Both the position numbers and the translations under genes were made by a program. This document shows, one piece after another, positions 49,348-60,804 of a stretch of 64,000 bases of DNA. The DNA comes from an uncultured delta proteobacterium (lineage in GTDB: Bacteria > Desulfobacterota > Binatia > UBA9968). Within the stretch, counting starts at the first letter, position 1. Every line of letters starts with the position of its first letter. The notes under the pieces are model-generated. The model was given only the letters and a program-made list of their open reading frames with translations, was not told where the DNA came from and did not search any database. The stretch is from NCBI GenBank assembly GCA_963745835.1, contig CAVUZH010000015.1:1-64000 (forward strand). The letters are read 5' to 3'.

Positions 49348-50061
49348 CTATTTCCGAATGAAAACCTCAAGACGATTGATCGCATAAAGAAATACAATTG
49401 AGAGCACGATCGTCCCCAACAACCCCGCATACACCTCTTCAACTTCGAATTTGAAAGCCGCGTCGGACAGCCACATGCCGACGCCGCCAACCTGCGCAAC
49501 GTATTCGAGACCGAGAACGGATTTTAGAATGTAAGTGAGCGCCAGTCTAAAGCCACTGAAAATTGCCGGCGCAACGGCGGGAACGAGAATATACCGAAAC
49601 ATCTGCTTGCGATTCAGGTTCATGCTGGCGCCGACCTGAAGCAAGATCGGATTGACGTTCTGGAAGGCTCCTTTGGTGTTGATTATGATCGGAATCAACC
49701 CGAAAATCGAAGAAAGCGCGACCACTGCTGCGCTGGTCCGGCCGAAGGTGACGAGAAATATCGGATAGGCAAGAATCACCGGCGAAGAGAACAGCGCGGC
49801 GAGAAACATCTCGTAACTATTGCCGATCAGTTTGTATCGCCAGAGTAAGAACCCGGCGAAGACTCCAACCATCGTCGCGATACACAAGCACGCGGCGATC
49901 TCGAAGATAGTAATGCCGGTCAGCCGGAGCGCATTGCCGTGGGCGATCTGCTCCCACAGCACGATCAATGCCCGCGTGGGAGCGGCGAGAAAGAAACTGC
50001 TGATCCATCCCAGTCGCACCGCGGACTCGGCGATGACGACCACACCTAAGATAATCCCCAA
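49348..50061 (-). CDS. ABC transporter permease (TauC/SsuC type)
   Basis: Multiple TM segments, LAYPIF, VGASM EAA-like loop. 5' end uncertain. Confidence 0.85.
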   Translation of the reverse strand: MGIILGVVVIAESAVRLGWISSFFLAAPTRALIVLWEQIAHGNALRLTGITIFEIAACLCIATMVGVFAGFLLWRYKLIGNSYEMFLAALFSSPVILAYPIFLVTFGRTSAAVVALSSIFGLIPIIINTKGAFQNVNPILLQVGASMNLNRKQMFRYILVPAVAPAIFSGFRLALTYILKSVLGLEYVAQVGGVGMWLSDAAFKFEVEEVYAGLLGTIVLSIVFLYAINRLEVFIRK

Positions 50062-50269
50062 ACGCCAAGCGTTCAGTCTCGTGCTTTCGGGCGTAAGAAA
50101 CTCCGTTCGTTCAAGCTAAAACGTTCAAGCCGTTCTATCGCGAGCAGAACCCCGCCACAGATCTGCAAGGAACGGGATTGCTCCAACAACTCAGCTTGAA
50201 CGGAAAATAGTCGATCTTTCGACCTCCAAACATTGTCCTGAGCTTAGTCGAGGGAGTCATCTGCGAACT

Positions 50270-51280
50270 CTAAGGCAAGAAGCTCAAGTCAATCAGGCTC
50301 TTGATCTCCGCTTCGGTCAGCGGCTGCGTCAAAAATTTGTTCCTGATGCCATCTTCGATGGTGGCCTGCAGGCCGCGAATCGGTTTCAGTGTCATAGCCG
50401 CACGATTGTAATAGTCCCAGGTTTTGAGCACGGCGGCCTCCGGATATTTCATCTCGGCGCGACGTATCCAGATCTTCGCCGTGTCCTCTTTGTGTTCGAA
50501 CATATAATCGAGGGCGCGTTGTTGGGCTCGAAAAAAGCCGCGAACGGCGTCAGGATTTTTCGCGGCAAAATCGTTATTGAGGAAATGCACCCGGGGAGTG
50601 ATTTCTCTCATCGCCGTGATTTCGTCGCCTTTTACAACGACGCGCAGCACGCCTTTCTCCACGAGGTCCAATTGAAACGGCGCCACCGACCACCCGGCGT
50701 CGGTTTGCCCGGTGCGCACGGCGGTATAAACCTCGGGTATGCCGCCTAGTGAAACCGGTTCGGCCGGTTTGAGTCCTTTGGCCTTGATCTGATCCGCAAT
50801 GGCGAGCACCGCCATGTGGCTCGACGCGCCGGGACGGCTGTAGGCAATTTTCTTACCGGCAAGATCTTCCATCTTGCGGATCGCAGTATTGCTCTGTACG
50901 TACCAAAAGGCGTCCATGCCGGTGATCTCAGCGGCGGCGATCGTGATCGGGGCTTTCTTCACGAAAGCGCTGATCACGGCTAGCGTCCCCGTGCCCAATC
51001 CTATCTGAGCATCGCCTGAGACGACTGCTTGGACGTTCTCACCGCCGCCGCGCGTGAAAACAGCATCGACGTCGATATTGTTTTCTTTGTAGAAACCTTT
51101 TTCTTGAGCGACGTAAATCGGCAGCGCGACCGTAAACAGTATCCGATGAGGAACCACGACGATGATTTTGGTGCGCGCCGCGGCGGCCCATGAAGAAGAA
51201 GTCACTCCGAAAAGAATGAGCAGGACCAATAAACCTAAGAAGACATTTTGTCTTACAACTGACAGTCGCTTCTTCATCAC
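50270..51280 (-). CDS. ABC solute-binding protein (NMT1/SsuA type)
   Basis: YVAQEKGFY, DLAGKKIA..RPG; lies within the transporter operon. Confidence 0.9.
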   Translation of the reverse strand: MMKKRLSVVRQNVFLGLLVLLILFGVTSSSWAAAARTKIIVVVPHRILFTVALPIYVAQEKGFYKENNIDVDAVFTRGGGENVQAVVSGDAQIGLGTGTLAVISAFVKKAPITIAAAEITGMDAFWYVQSNTAIRKMEDLAGKKIAYSRPGASSHMAVLAIADQIKAKGLKPAEPVSLGGIPEVYTAVRTGQTDAGWSVAPFQLDLVEKGVLRVVVKGDEITAMREITPRVHFLNNDFAAKNPDAVRGFFRAQQRALDYMFEHKEDTAKIWIRRAEMKYPEAAVLKTWDYYNRAAMTLKPIRGLQATIEDGIRNKFLTQPLTEAEIKSLIDLSFLP

Positions 51281-51289
51281 TTGACCTCC

Positions 51290-52084
51290 TCAGTGTAGTT
51301 GTTCTGTCTGTTTGAAGCTCTTGATCGATTCCTCTCTGAGCGCGCTCCAAACTAGCGCAACCAACCGGCCGAATCTTTCCGACGTGATTATTGAGGAATC
51401 TCGAGGATGAGGCAAGTCGATGTCGACGATTGTTTTGACCTGTCCCGGACGGGCGGTCATCACCATCACTCGATCCGAGAGCTGCACCGATTCGTTTATG
51501 TTATGCGTCACTAGGACGATGGTCTGCCGGAGCTGATCACGGATTTTGAGAAGTTCCTCGCCGAGGATGATTCTTGTTTGTTCGTCCAGCGCACCGAAGG
51601 GCTCGTCCATAAGGAGGATCTTAGGCTCCAAGACTAGGGCTCTTGCAATGGCTACACGCTGCTTCATGCCGCCGGACAGCTCCGAGGGGTAGCGCTGCTC
51701 GAACCCGCCAAGGCCGACAAGACCGATCATATCGAGCGCTGTCTTGCGGCGTCGTTGTTCGGGGACCCCGCGCATTTGTAGACCGAACTCAACGTTGGCC
51801 AGGGTTGTCCTCCAGGGAAAGGTGGATTCCTCTTGAAATACCATGGCGATCGACGGATGAGGCCCGCTAACAAGTTCTCCAGCAACAGTAAGTTCGCCGC
51901 TGGAAGCGCGCAGTAATCCGGCGATGATTCTCAACAGCGTCGACTTGCCGCATCCGGATGGACCGATGATCGAGAAGAATTCGCCCTCGCGAACTTCGAA
52001 CGATACCGCGTCGACCGCCGGAACTGCAGTAGATCCGTCATCCACGCCGCCAAAGATTTTGCTGACTTTTTGAAGGCTCAGCAT
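51290..52084 (-). CDS. ABC transporter ATP-binding protein (TauB/SsuB type)
   Basis: GPSGCGKST, LSGGMKQR, LLMDEPFGALD. Confidence 0.95.
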   Translation of the reverse strand: MLSLQKVSKIFGGVDDGSTAVPAVDAVSFEVREGEFFSIIGPSGCGKSTLLRIIAGLLRASSGELTVAGELVSGPHPSIAMVFQEESTFPWRTTLANVEFGLQMRGVPEQRRRKTALDMIGLVGLGGFEQRYPSELSGGMKQRVAIARALVLEPKILLMDEPFGALDEQTRIILGEELLKIRDQLRQTIVLVTHNINESVQLSDRVMVMTARPGQVKTIVDIDLPHPRDSSIITSERFGRLVALVWSALREESIKSFKQTEQLH

Positions 52085-52587
52085 CTAAGGAGGCAGTTAT
52101 CCCAGATCAATGTTGGGGGTCAAGGGCTGTCCCCTGATCTGGCCGGATCGTCAATTAGCGCGTCGCCGATACAGCACGCGTAAGTTTCAAAGACAGACAG
52201 GCTAGGAAGGAAACTGCGGGAATTGTTATTGGAAGATCCGTCGGCGCTAGGAGCCCGATGAGTTTAAAAAGCTTGTCGATAATCGTTTTAACTCTAAGCT
52301 GATTGTCGCGGCACTGAACTAGTGATGTGTTGAGCTGGGCGTTGCGCCAATCGAAACTCTGCAAGCTGAACGAAAAGCGTCGTCAAGTTCGACCGCGGGA
52401 AAGATGTGGAAAAAAGAGGTTGAGCGATACTTAATCGAACATTTTTGCGCTCTCCAACGACCGTTCTTGCGCATTCTCTCGCCACCAGGCGTCAGAAATA
52501 CCTGGTATAGGTTTTGCCAATTTTTTACCTAAATTCTAAAGTCGTAATCGGGACAATAATCGATTTACCCGGTAGAGGAGATCGCCC

Positions 52588-52986
52588 ATGCTTCAAGAGA
52601 CAATGAAAGAGAAGGATACCGGAGCGATCTTTCGCATCAAAGAGCATAAGGGGTGCGGTATTCGAGCCGCCTCATATCAGATCAAGCCCGGCAAATGGGT
52701 ACCGGAGGCTTGCTTTTCAGTCTACACGGAAGCCGGTTGGCGGCAGCTGTGGCTTCAGAGCTTTGCGCATTGCTTTTCGATGCCCGATCTTACCTGCAGC
52801 AATAAGATCGAGGCCGACAACTGGGCTTTCCGCATGGCTCGAACCGTTATCGATAAAACCTTACCCGAGTTCGATAAACATGAACCACCCGCCGCCGCCA
52901 AGTCCCACCTGCTCACCTGCTTCAGCAAAATTTGGGGCATCGCTCGCCGCCCGTTTTCGACGCGGGATATTTATAGGGAACATTAA
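52588..52986 (+). CDS. Hypothetical protein
   Basis: 132 aa, GAGGAG RBS; HKG..I.A.SYQ....WVP...EAD..A...AR..ID pattern loosely like 37842..38249. Confidence 0.55.
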   Translation: MLQETMKEKDTGAIFRIKEHKGCGIRAASYQIKPGKWVPEACFSVYTEAGWRQLWLQSFAHCFSMPDLTCSNKIEADNWAFRMARTVIDKTLPEFDKHEPPAAAKSHLLTCFSKIWGIARRPFSTRDIYREH

Positions 52987-53039
52987 GCCGCTCATCTATT
53001 CGGTCCCCGCATCCTCGCCTCGGTCGCACTAACCAGACA

Positions 53040-55577
53040 TCAAGCTTCCAGTCTAAAAGCCTCTAGAGTAGAGCGCCCAAACATGCCCCAGCATCCGATT
53101 ACACCTGCAAGCACCGTTGCCCCTGTAACTATTATGCCGATAACAATGATAGGCGTCCACGAGACGCTAGCGATGGTGCCAAGGAAATAAAAGCTCAGGC
53201 CCCAGGTTGCCAGGGTTGCTAAGATCGCGGCGGTGCCGCACGAGATCGCTCCCAGAAACAGATACTCGGCGACTATCGCAGTGATTATCTGACGTCGCGG
53301 CGCGCCCAGTGTCTTCATTAAAATACTCTCCTTCAGCCGCTGACTACGGCTGCTCAACACCGCGCTGATCAATACCGCGACACCCGTGAGAATCGTAAAC
53401 ATCGCGACGAAGCGAATCGCGCTTGCCACCCGACCCAAAATGGAATCCAGCGTGTTGAGCACCAGGGTGAGATCAATCATCGAGACGTTTGGAAAGCGTT
53501 CCACCACCGCCCGCTGCAAGGCGGCGGAAACTTCACTTGAATCGGTGCGGGTCACCACCGCATAAAATTGCGGCGCGGTTTCCAGCACCCCCTCGGGAAA
53601 AACCGCGAAAAAGTTGGGTTGGATTCGTTGCCAGTCGACCTCGCGAATGCTCGCGATTTGAGTCGGCAAAGAAACGCCTTGCAACTCAAATTCGAGATTA
53701 TCGCCCAAGCCGACTCCGAGGTTTTCGGCGATGCTTTTTTCCAAAGAAATCGGGATCGGCTGAGTGTCGGCAGAAACTTTCCCGCGCCAGGTTCCTGCGA
53801 TCATCTTTTCCGTATCGGCCAAATGACTCCGATACGTCGACCGATACTCCCGTCGCAACGCCCACCGGGGAATTCTCGAAGTTGTGTCGGCGCGAATCTC
53901 TTCCACCGGCCGATTTTTGATGGCGGCGAGTCGCATGGTGACAATCGGCACTTCTTCATGGCTACCGAGTTTGAAGGACCGCAACAGTGCGGCGAGGTCC
54001 TGACGTTGATCCTTTTGCACATCGAACAACACCAAGTTGGCGTCACCCCGGCCACCCCGTTGCACGACTTGGTTAACCAGCATGTTGCGAACGCTATAAA
54101 GGGTAATCAACAGGAATGCGCCGAGACCAATGGAGAGCATGACGGCAGTGGTTTGATTATTGGGCCGGTGCAGACTGGAAAGGCCTTGGCGCCACGGAAA
54201 CGGTAAAGAGTAAGGCATAAATTTCTTCAACAGCATCGAGACGCTGCGAGAGATTAAGGCGAGTAAACCAAAAGCCGCAAGAATCGCTGCGGTGAAACTC
54301 AACCCGTGCAACCACTGCCGGGTCGTGGTCAATGCAAAAGCAAAAATAGCGAGAAGAATAGTCAGATAAATCGCCCAAAGAACGCGGTCATGAGAGCGAT
54401 CAGTGCGTTCATAGGAGGCCCGCAATGCAAAAAGCGGCGAGATTTTTCTTAGCGATACAATCGGAATCAAGGCAAACAGGAGCGTGGTCCCAAGACCGGT
54501 GCCTATGCCAGCCAAAATGCCGCTGATGCTGTACGAGATCACCGCGTCGACCGGCAAAAAATCCTTCAGGACAACCGGCAGCAGAGTTTGGGCGCCGGCG
54601 CCCAGCGCTGCTCCGAGCATGGAACCGGCGAGCGCAATCAGCACTGCTTGAACCAGGTAGACGTAGACGGTTTCCATCGGCGTGGCGCCGATGCATCGCA
54701 GCACGGCCACCGATGCGGTCTTTTCTTTGACGTAAACATGAATGGCGCTGGCGACACCGACACCGGCAAGAAGAACGGCGATAAATACTGCGAGCTGCAA
54801 GTAGCGCGATAGATTGTCGGTAAATCTCGAGATGGTCGCCATCCGTCGGGTTACGGTATCGGTTTCAAGACGCAGGCGCGTGAGCTCCGGACCAAGACGT
54901 TGTGCGATCTCATCCGGATTGACTTCCGGGGGCAGTTTAAAAAAGACCCGATAGAGAACCCGGCTACCTTTTTGAATCAATTGTGTTTGCTGAAAATGAT
55001 CGAGGGGCACATAGATGCGCGGATTGAGCAGCGAGAAAGCCAGCGTTTCGCCGGGAATTTTTAACAGCTTCGCAGCGATGCGAAACTCCTGCTCGCCGAT
55101 GCGCAGCCGATCGCCGATGCGCGCGTTGAACTGCAGCATAACCGTTTCATCGACGAAGGCATTGGCGCCGCTTTGAAAGTCCTGGCGTGCTGACATCGGA
55201 TCGGTCTCCAGAGCGCCATAGTAGGGAAAATCGCCGCGAACCGCACGCACTTCGACTAGCCGCGATCTTCCGCTTCCAAGAAAAAAGGCCATCGAGGAAA
55301 ACCCAATTTGGCGCGACTGCTCGCCGCCGATCGATTTCAGCAAGTCCTCGGCTTCGGGTGAGAACGGTTCGCGGCTTTGAATCACCAGATCTGCGCCGAG
55401 CAAACTCTTGGCACGGGCACTTACGCTGGTCTGAAGATTGTCACGGAATGAAAATGACGCGACGATCGCGGCGACTCCCAGAACAACGCACGACATCGCC
55501 AGCAACATCGGTTTGATGCGACGGCGCGCGTCCCTGAAAGCCATCTTCCAAATCCACCCTCTAAGCATTGGCGACAT
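53040..55577 (-). CDS. ybbP: FtsX-like ABC permease (YbbP type)
   Basis: LLGADL, FPYYG, AVLRCIGA, IREVDW..PNFF; overlaps the ATPase gene. Confidence 0.85.
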   Translation of the reverse strand: MSPMLRGWIWKMAFRDARRRIKPMLLAMSCVVLGVAAIVASFSFRDNLQTSVSARAKSLLGADLVIQSREPFSPEAEDLLKSIGGEQSRQIGFSSMAFFLGSGRSRLVEVRAVRGDFPYYGALETDPMSARQDFQSGANAFVDETVMLQFNARIGDRLRIGEQEFRIAAKLLKIPGETLAFSLLNPRIYVPLDHFQQTQLIQKGSRVLYRVFFKLPPEVNPDEIAQRLGPELTRLRLETDTVTRRMATISRFTDNLSRYLQLAVFIAVLLAGVGVASAIHVYVKEKTASVAVLRCIGATPMETVYVYLVQAVLIALAGSMLGAALGAGAQTLLPVVLKDFLPVDAVISYSISGILAGIGTGLGTTLLFALIPIVSLRKISPLFALRASYERTDRSHDRVLWAIYLTILLAIFAFALTTTRQWLHGLSFTAAILAAFGLLALISRSVSMLLKKFMPYSLPFPWRQGLSSLHRPNNQTTAVMLSIGLGAFLLITLYSVRNMLVNQVVQRGGRGDANLVLFDVQKDQRQDLAALLRSFKLGSHEEVPIVTMRLAAIKNRPVEEIRADTTSRIPRWALRREYRSTYRSHLADTEKMIAGTWRGKVSADTQPIPISLEKSIAENLGVGLGDNLEFELQGVSLPTQIASIREVDWQRIQPNFFAVFPEGVLETAPQFYAVVTRTDSSEVSAALQRAVVERFPNVSMIDLTLVLNTLDSILGRVASAIRFVAMFTILTGVAVLISAVLSSRSQRLKESILMKTLGAPRRQIITAIVAEYLFLGAISCGTAAILATLATWGLSFYFLGTIASVSWTPIIVIGIIVTGATVLAGVIGCWGMFGRSTLEAFRLEA

Positions 55578-56274
55578 GGGACGCCCCGGTCTCCTTTCGC
55601 GTATCCGAGAGGACTCGGCCGCCTTTAAGGCTGATGACCCGATTGGCTTGCTCGGTCAACTCCCGGTCGTGCGTCACCAGTACCAGGGTTGTTCCGGCTT
55701 GGGCGTTGAGCTGAAAAATCAACCGAACGATCTCCCTGGCGGTTTCGCTGTCGAGATTGCCAGTGGGTTCGTCGGCAAAGAGAATTCTCGGACGGTTCAT
55801 AAATGCGCGTGCGATGGCCACGCGCTGCTGTTCGCCGCCGGAAAGCTGAATTGGATAGTGATGCGTTCGCGCGGCGAGCCCAACCTGCCGCAGTAAATCT
55901 TCGGCGCGGCTGCGCGCGTGGTTTTCGCCGCGGATTTCAGCCGGCACCATGACGTTTTCCAGCGCGGTGAGCGAAGGAAGCAGCTGAAAGCTTTGAAAAA
56001 CAAAACCGACCAACTGGTTTCGCACGCGGGAAAGCTCTTCTTCGCTGGCTGAATGCATGGCAGTGCCGTTTAGAAGCACAGCTCCATCGCTAGGCCTTTC
56101 AAGGCCGGCGCAAATTGCGATCAAGGTCGTCTTGCCGCTGCCGGAAGGACCGACGATAGCGCAGGCGCTGCCCTCTTCGATTGCCAACGAGATATCGTGA
56201 AGAATGGTTACGGATTGATCACCGCTCTTAAAAAGCTTGTTTAAATGCTCTACGCTTAAAATAATCTTTTCCAT
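55561..56274 (-). CDS. ybbA: ABC ATP-binding protein (YbbA type)
   Basis: [26 protein letters not shown]; divergent from tesA as in the conserved tesA-ybbAP locus. Confidence 0.9.
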   Translation of the reverse strand: MEKIILSVEHLNKLFKSGDQSVTILHDISLAIEEGSACAIVGPSGSGKTTLIAICAGLERPSDGAVLLNGTAMHSASEEELSRVRNQLVGFVFQSFQLLPSLTALENVMVPAEIRGENHARSRAEDLLRQVGLAARTHHYPIQLSGGEQQRVAIARAFMNRPRILFADEPTGNLDSETAREIVRLIFQLNAQAGTTLVLVTHDRELTEQANRVISLKGGRVLSDTRKETGASHVANA

Positions 56275-56294
56275 GGGCCAATGTTTCGTAATCA

Positions 56295-57044
56295 GTGGTC
56301 GAGGTAAGGAACGGCGGGATGAATCGTGACAGCATTTATCGATCAGTCAGGTCTCACTTTAGAATTTTAGAGCGCTTAACACAACGCGCCTCGGCTAGCC
56401 GCGGGCTGTGGCTGGCGTGCCTGGGAGGTGTGCTGCTGTTCGGGATCGCCGCCGCGGCGCCTTCTCCGCAGACCGTTTTGTTCCTCGGCGACAGCATCAC
56501 TGCCGGCTACGGCCTCGAATTGTCGCAAGCCTACCCCGCGCTTATTCAGCAACGGATCAAGAAAGAAGGGTTAAATTTCAAGGTCATCAACGCGGGTCAA
56601 AGCGGCGATACCAGCGCCGGCGGTTTAGCCAGGATGGACTGGTTGCTGAAGAACAAAATCGATGTCCTGGTGCTTGAGCTCGGCGGCAATGATGGATTGC
56701 GAGGCTTACCTGTGGAAGTCATCCGCAAGAATCTCCAGGCGATTATCGATCGCGCGAGAAAACAGTATCCTCAGATCAAAATCGTCGTTGCGGGCATGAA
56801 GATGCCGCCCAATATGGGCGGCCAGTACAGCCGTGAGTTCGAGGCAATGTTTGCCGCGCTGGCAAAGAAGAATAACGCCACACTTATTCCGTTCATTTTA
56901 GAAGGCGTCGGCGGCGTGCGCCAGATGAATCTGCCAGACGGTATTCATCCCACTGCCGGCGGGCATGAAATTGTCGCGGAGAATGTTTGGACGGTGTTGG
57001 CGCCGGTGCTGCGCTCGCTCCAATCGCCGACGATCCGCAGCTAA
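56295..57044 (+). CDS. tesA: SGNH arylesterase/acyl-CoA thioesterase I
   Basis: GDSITAGYG, NAG.SGDT, ELGGNDGLRG, DGIHP. Start probably further downstream. Confidence 0.9.
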   Translation: MVEVRNGGMNRDSIYRSVRSHFRILERLTQRASASRGLWLACLGGVLLFGIAAAAPSPQTVLFLGDSITAGYGLELSQAYPALIQQRIKKEGLNFKVINAGQSGDTSAGGLARMDWLLKNKIDVLVLELGGNDGLRGLPVEVIRKNLQAIIDRARKQYPQIKIVVAGMKMPPNMGGQYSREFEAMFAALAKKNNATLIPFILEGVGGVRQMNLPDGIHPTAGGHEIVAENVWTVLAPVLRSLQSPTIRS

Positions 57045-57095
57045 GAGGTTGATTGACGACAGTTCGTTGTAGTTATACCGATCAAGGAGGCCCTT

Positions 57096-57380
57096 ATGCT
57101 ATCCGCAATAGTTTTGCTAACCACCGAAAGAGACAAAACCAAGAGAGTTGCGGAAGCGCTGGCCGACACCGAGGGCGTCAGTGAAGTTTACTCGGTGGCC
57201 GGCCGCTATGATCTTGCCGCAATCGTCCGCGCTTCAGACAATGATCAGCTCGCCGACATTGTCACCGAACATATTCGCGCATTGCCGGGTATCACCAGCT
57301 CCGAGACTCTGATCGCTTTCCGCGTTTATTCACGACATGATCTCGAGCGCATGTTTTCCATCGGCCTGGAGAAAGCGTAG
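57096..57380 (+). CDS. Stand-alone Lrp/AsnC ligand-binding domain protein
   Basis: GVSEVYSVAG.YDL, I..LPGI..SETLIAF; AAGGAGG RBS. Confidence 0.9.
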   Translation: MLSAIVLLTTERDKTKRVAEALADTEGVSEVYSVAGRYDLAAIVRASDNDQLADIVTEHIRALPGITSSETLIAFRVYSRHDLERMFSIGLEKA

Positions 57381-57512
57381 CAGGCTGCTGAAAGACTCAT
57401 ATACTTTCGAAAGATGAATTATGAAAGCTGAAAACTGAATTCCGCTTTCAGATTTCCGCTTTCATCCTTCGTAATTCGCGCGCCTCGCCTGTGAGATCTT
57501 TTGAGCAGCCTG
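57380..57512. repeat. REP/MITE-like palindromic element
   Basis: CAGGCTGCTGAAAGA ... TCTTTTGAGCAGCCTG inverted ends between convergent genes. Confidence 0.6.
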
Positions 57513-57584
57513 ACAGAACCACTTTTCCGCAAGCTGATCTAAGTTCTTCAGCAATTTACCAGAACGGAAATTGTGGCGAGGGAT

Positions 57585-59081
57585 TTACAGCGATCTGTTG
57601 CGCTGCGCAACCCTGACAACGACCGGGACAATCAGCAGCAGCAAAGAAACACCCAAGATTGCTGCTGAAATGGGCTGGGTGAGAAATACCATCGAATCAC
57701 CCTGGCTGATGGCCAGCGCGCGCCGCGCCTGCGTTTCAGCCAGTGGGCCAAGGATCAGTCCGATCACTGCCGGTGCAACCGGAATGTTCCAGCGGCGCAT
57801 CACAAAGCCGAGCAGTCCAAAGATATAAAGAATCACCAGATCGACCACCGACTGGTGCAAACTATAAGCTCCCAGGGTAGCGAAAACCAGGATTCCGCCA
57901 TAAAGCAAGGGCCGTGGAATCGCCAGCACCTTTACCCAAATACCCACCAGCGGAAGATTGAGGATCAGCAAAAGAACATTGCCGACATAGAGACTTGCGA
58001 GTAATCCCCACACGAGATCAGGCTGGCTTTGAAAAAGCAGCGGACCTGGCTGGATGCCGTAGTTCTGAAACGCGCTGAGCAAGATTGCCGCGGTGGCCGA
58101 GGTCGGAATGCCCAACGTGAGCAGCGGCACCAACGCGCCGGTTACCGACGCGTTGTTTGCGGCCTCGGGACCGGCGACACCCTCGATGGCGCCCTTGCCG
58201 AATTCGCCGGGATGCTTGCTCAATTTTTTTTCGGTTGCATACGATAAGAATGTTGGAATCTCGGCGCCGCCTGCCGGTATGGAGCCGAACGGAAAGCCGA
58301 TAGCGGTCGCCCGCAGCCATGCCGGCACCGATCTTTTCCAGTCCTCTTTGGACATCCACAGCGAACCTTTCAATTGTTCCAGCTTTTCTTCCAACCGGCT
58401 GGTGTATGCGGCAACGTAGAGCGCTTCGCCCACCGCGAACAATCCGACTGCGAGCACGACGACGTCGATACCATCGAGCAATTCGGGTACGCCGAAGGCA
58501 AATCGGGACCTGCCGGTCTGGCTGTCGATGCCAATGACGCCGAGCAGCAGCCCGAGAAACAAACTGGTCAAGCCGCGCACCGTCGAACTGCCGATCACCG
58601 CCGCTACCGTGGTGAACGCAAAGATCATCAATGCAAAATACTCGGCAGGCCCAAACTTCAGAGCGACCTCGACAACCAAGGGAGCGAGCAAGGTCACCAG
58701 CACGGTCGCAATAGTGCCGGCGACGAATGAGCCGATGGCAGCGGTGGCAAGCGCGGGTCCGGCGCGGCCCTTTTTCGCCATCAAATTGCCCTCCAGAGCC
58801 GTGGCGATGGAGGCCGATTCTCCGGGGGTATTTAGTAAAATCGTAGTGGTCGATCCGCCGTACATAGCGCCGTAATAGATGCCTGCAAACATGATCAGCG
58901 CGCCGGTGGGATCGAGTCTGACGGTCAGCGGCATGAGCATCGCGACGGTGAGAGCGGGGCCGACTCCCGGCAGCACGCCGATAAACGTCCCGAGCATCAC
59001 CCCGATGAATCCCCATAAGAGATTGAGCGGCGTCAGTGCGACACTGAAACCCTGGAGAAGTGAGCTGAAGGTTTCAGCCAT
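57585..59081 (-). CDS. tctA: Tripartite tricarboxylate transporter large subunit
   Basis: [30 protein letters not shown]. Confidence 0.95.
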   Translation of the reverse strand: MAETFSSLLQGFSVALTPLNLLWGFIGVMLGTFIGVLPGVGPALTVAMLMPLTVRLDPTGALIMFAGIYYGAMYGGSTTTILLNTPGESASIATALEGNLMAKKGRAGPALATAAIGSFVAGTIATVLVTLLAPLVVEVALKFGPAEYFALMIFAFTTVAAVIGSSTVRGLTSLFLGLLLGVIGIDSQTGRSRFAFGVPELLDGIDVVVLAVGLFAVGEALYVAAYTSRLEEKLEQLKGSLWMSKEDWKRSVPAWLRATAIGFPFGSIPAGGAEIPTFLSYATEKKLSKHPGEFGKGAIEGVAGPEAANNASVTGALVPLLTLGIPTSATAAILLSAFQNYGIQPGPLLFQSQPDLVWGLLASLYVGNVLLLILNLPLVGIWVKVLAIPRPLLYGGILVFATLGAYSLHQSVVDLVILYIFGLLGFVMRRWNIPVAPAVIGLILGPLAETQARRALAISQGDSMVFLTQPISAAILGVSLLLLIVPVVVRVAQRNRSL

Positions 59082-59087
59082 CGGAGG

Positions 59088-59589
59088 CTAAATCCCCGCG
59101 CCGCGCATAATCGGAGCCAACCAACCCGGCGGCAGGTTCACGTTTAGGAATTTCACGAAGAAAAGAAAGACTGCAAGGCCAAGTGCCAGGCCGATGGCGA
59201 AATCTCGCGGGTATCGCCTGCTGCCGAAGCCTCGGGCAACGCAAGTGAACAGAGTCGCCTGCGCCAGCACGAAGCCTGCGCGGTGAATCAACAGCATCTG
59301 CGCGATCAGGCCGATGCTGACCCAGATGAAAGCGGAGGGAGAAAAGTCGTGCTCGCCGCGGGCGTCAGGGCTGTCCGGCACGGCGTTGCGCCAGCCGCCA
59401 AAGACAGCCTCATAGAGCAGCCACAATCCCAGGACAATAAGTCCCCCGGCAATCACGGCGGGGGCGACGTTTGGTCCGATCCGCGCGTAGCCGCCCGCCC
59501 CTGACAGGCCTGGCAGTGCCAATGGCCACCGCAATCCCCAACGACAAGATGGCCAGAGATAGCACCAGCTCGGCCGGTTTGGCTTTCAT
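59088..59589 (-). CDS. tctB: Tripartite tricarboxylate transporter small subunit, +1 frameshift near 59510
   Basis: MKAKPAELVLSLAILSLGIAVAIGTAR then frame change to LSGAGGYARIGPNVAP...FVKFLNVNLPPG. Confidence 0.85.
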
Positions 59590-59601
59590 GGGTCGAGCCG
59601 G

Positions 59602-60552
59602 CTACTTATTCTTGATGCCCAGCGAATCGATGATCCCACCGATGCGTTTGGTGTCCTCATCGATGAATTTTTTATACTCTTCGCCGCTTAAGAAAATCGG
59701 CGACCAGCCGAGTTTCTCCAGGGTCGTTTTCCACGTTGCCGATTCGGTGGCGCCGCGAACGATCTTGATCAGAGCATCGCGTTGGGCCGCGGTGATCGCC
59801 GGCGCGCCGAAGACGCCGCGCCAGTTGGTAAGTTCGACAGCCAAGCCCTGTTCCTTGAGTGTTGGGACGTTATCTATCGGCGATGCGCTCGATACCGCCA
59901 GAGCGCGCATGCGGCCGCCCTTTACGTGTTCGGCAAATTCGCCGATCCCTGACACACCGGCGGTCACATGCCCGCCGACGATGGCGGCGATCGCCTCGCC
60001 GCCGCCTTTGAACGGCACGTAATTTATTTTGGCTGGGTCGACGCCGGCGGCTTTGGCGATCAAACCGACGAGTATGTGATCAGTGCCACCCGCAGAGCCG
60101 CCGCCCCAAGAGACGCCGCCTGGATTAGCTTTGAAAGTTTTGACCAGATCGCCCATAGTTTTGTGCGGCGATTTTGCCGGCACGACAATCATTTCATATT
60201 CACCGGTAAGGCGCGCCACGGGTGTCACCTTGGTCAAATCCACTGGCGCATTCTCAAGATATATGGCGCCGACCATCACCATCCCGCCGATCATGACGGC
60301 ATTCGGATCGCCTTTTGATGAGTTGATAAATTGCGCGAGGCCGATTGTCCCGCCGGCGCCGCCCTTATTCTCAAATTGCACGGACGAAACCAGTTTCGCG
60401 CTCTGCATCGCCGCCGCTAAATGACGGCCGGTCTGATCCCAACCGCCGCCGGGATTGGCGGGAATCATCATTTTCAGCGCTGGCTGGGCGTGTGCCGCCG
60501 TCGAAATCGTTACGATTGCGAAGGCGAGAAAGTTGAAGAGCCATTTACGCAT
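59602..60552 (-). CDS. tctC: Tripartite tricarboxylate transporter solute-binding protein
   Basis: PANPGGGWDQTGR, N.GGAGGTIG, GGSAGGTDH, NWRGVF; GGAGG RBS before ATG 60552. Confidence 0.95.
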   Translation of the reverse strand: MRKWLFNFLAFAIVTISTAAHAQPALKMMIPANPGGGWDQTGRHLAAAMQSAKLVSSVQFENKGGAGGTIGLAQFINSSKGDPNAVMIGGMVMVGAIYLENAPVDLTKVTPVARLTGEYEMIVVPAKSPHKTMGDLVKTFKANPGGVSWGGGSAGGTDHILVGLIAKAAGVDPAKINYVPFKGGGEAIAAIVGGHVTAGVSGIGEFAEHVKGGRMRALAVSSASPIDNVPTLKEQGLAVELTNWRGVFGAPAITAAQRDALIKIVRGATESATWKTTLEKLGWSPIFLSGEEYKKFIDEDTKRIGGIIDSLGIKNK

Positions 60553-60804
60553 AATGCCTCCTTGATTTCCGGCTGCGGGAGCCGTGTTCACGATCTATAG
60601 TAAAGGATGGGTAAATTGACAAGCTGAAACCCCCGAGCAATAGAATCGTTCAAAAGGTTCAAGCGATTTAGACGGTCAAATCGTCAGAAGCAATGCGGCG
60701 TCCGTCACCTGGATGAAACGGATCCATTCGGAGCCTTCACTGCGGTATGATGCTGGTTGTGGCGGAACTTGCTGCGTAAAAAGTTATTCCCAGACTTTTA
60801 GAAT

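Noticed and set aside
59500-59520. Programmed frameshifting in tctB (and in the thiolase, Fe-binding protein and hydrolase genes)
   Set aside because: No consistent slippery motif; scattered single-base indels are better explained by assembly error or decay.
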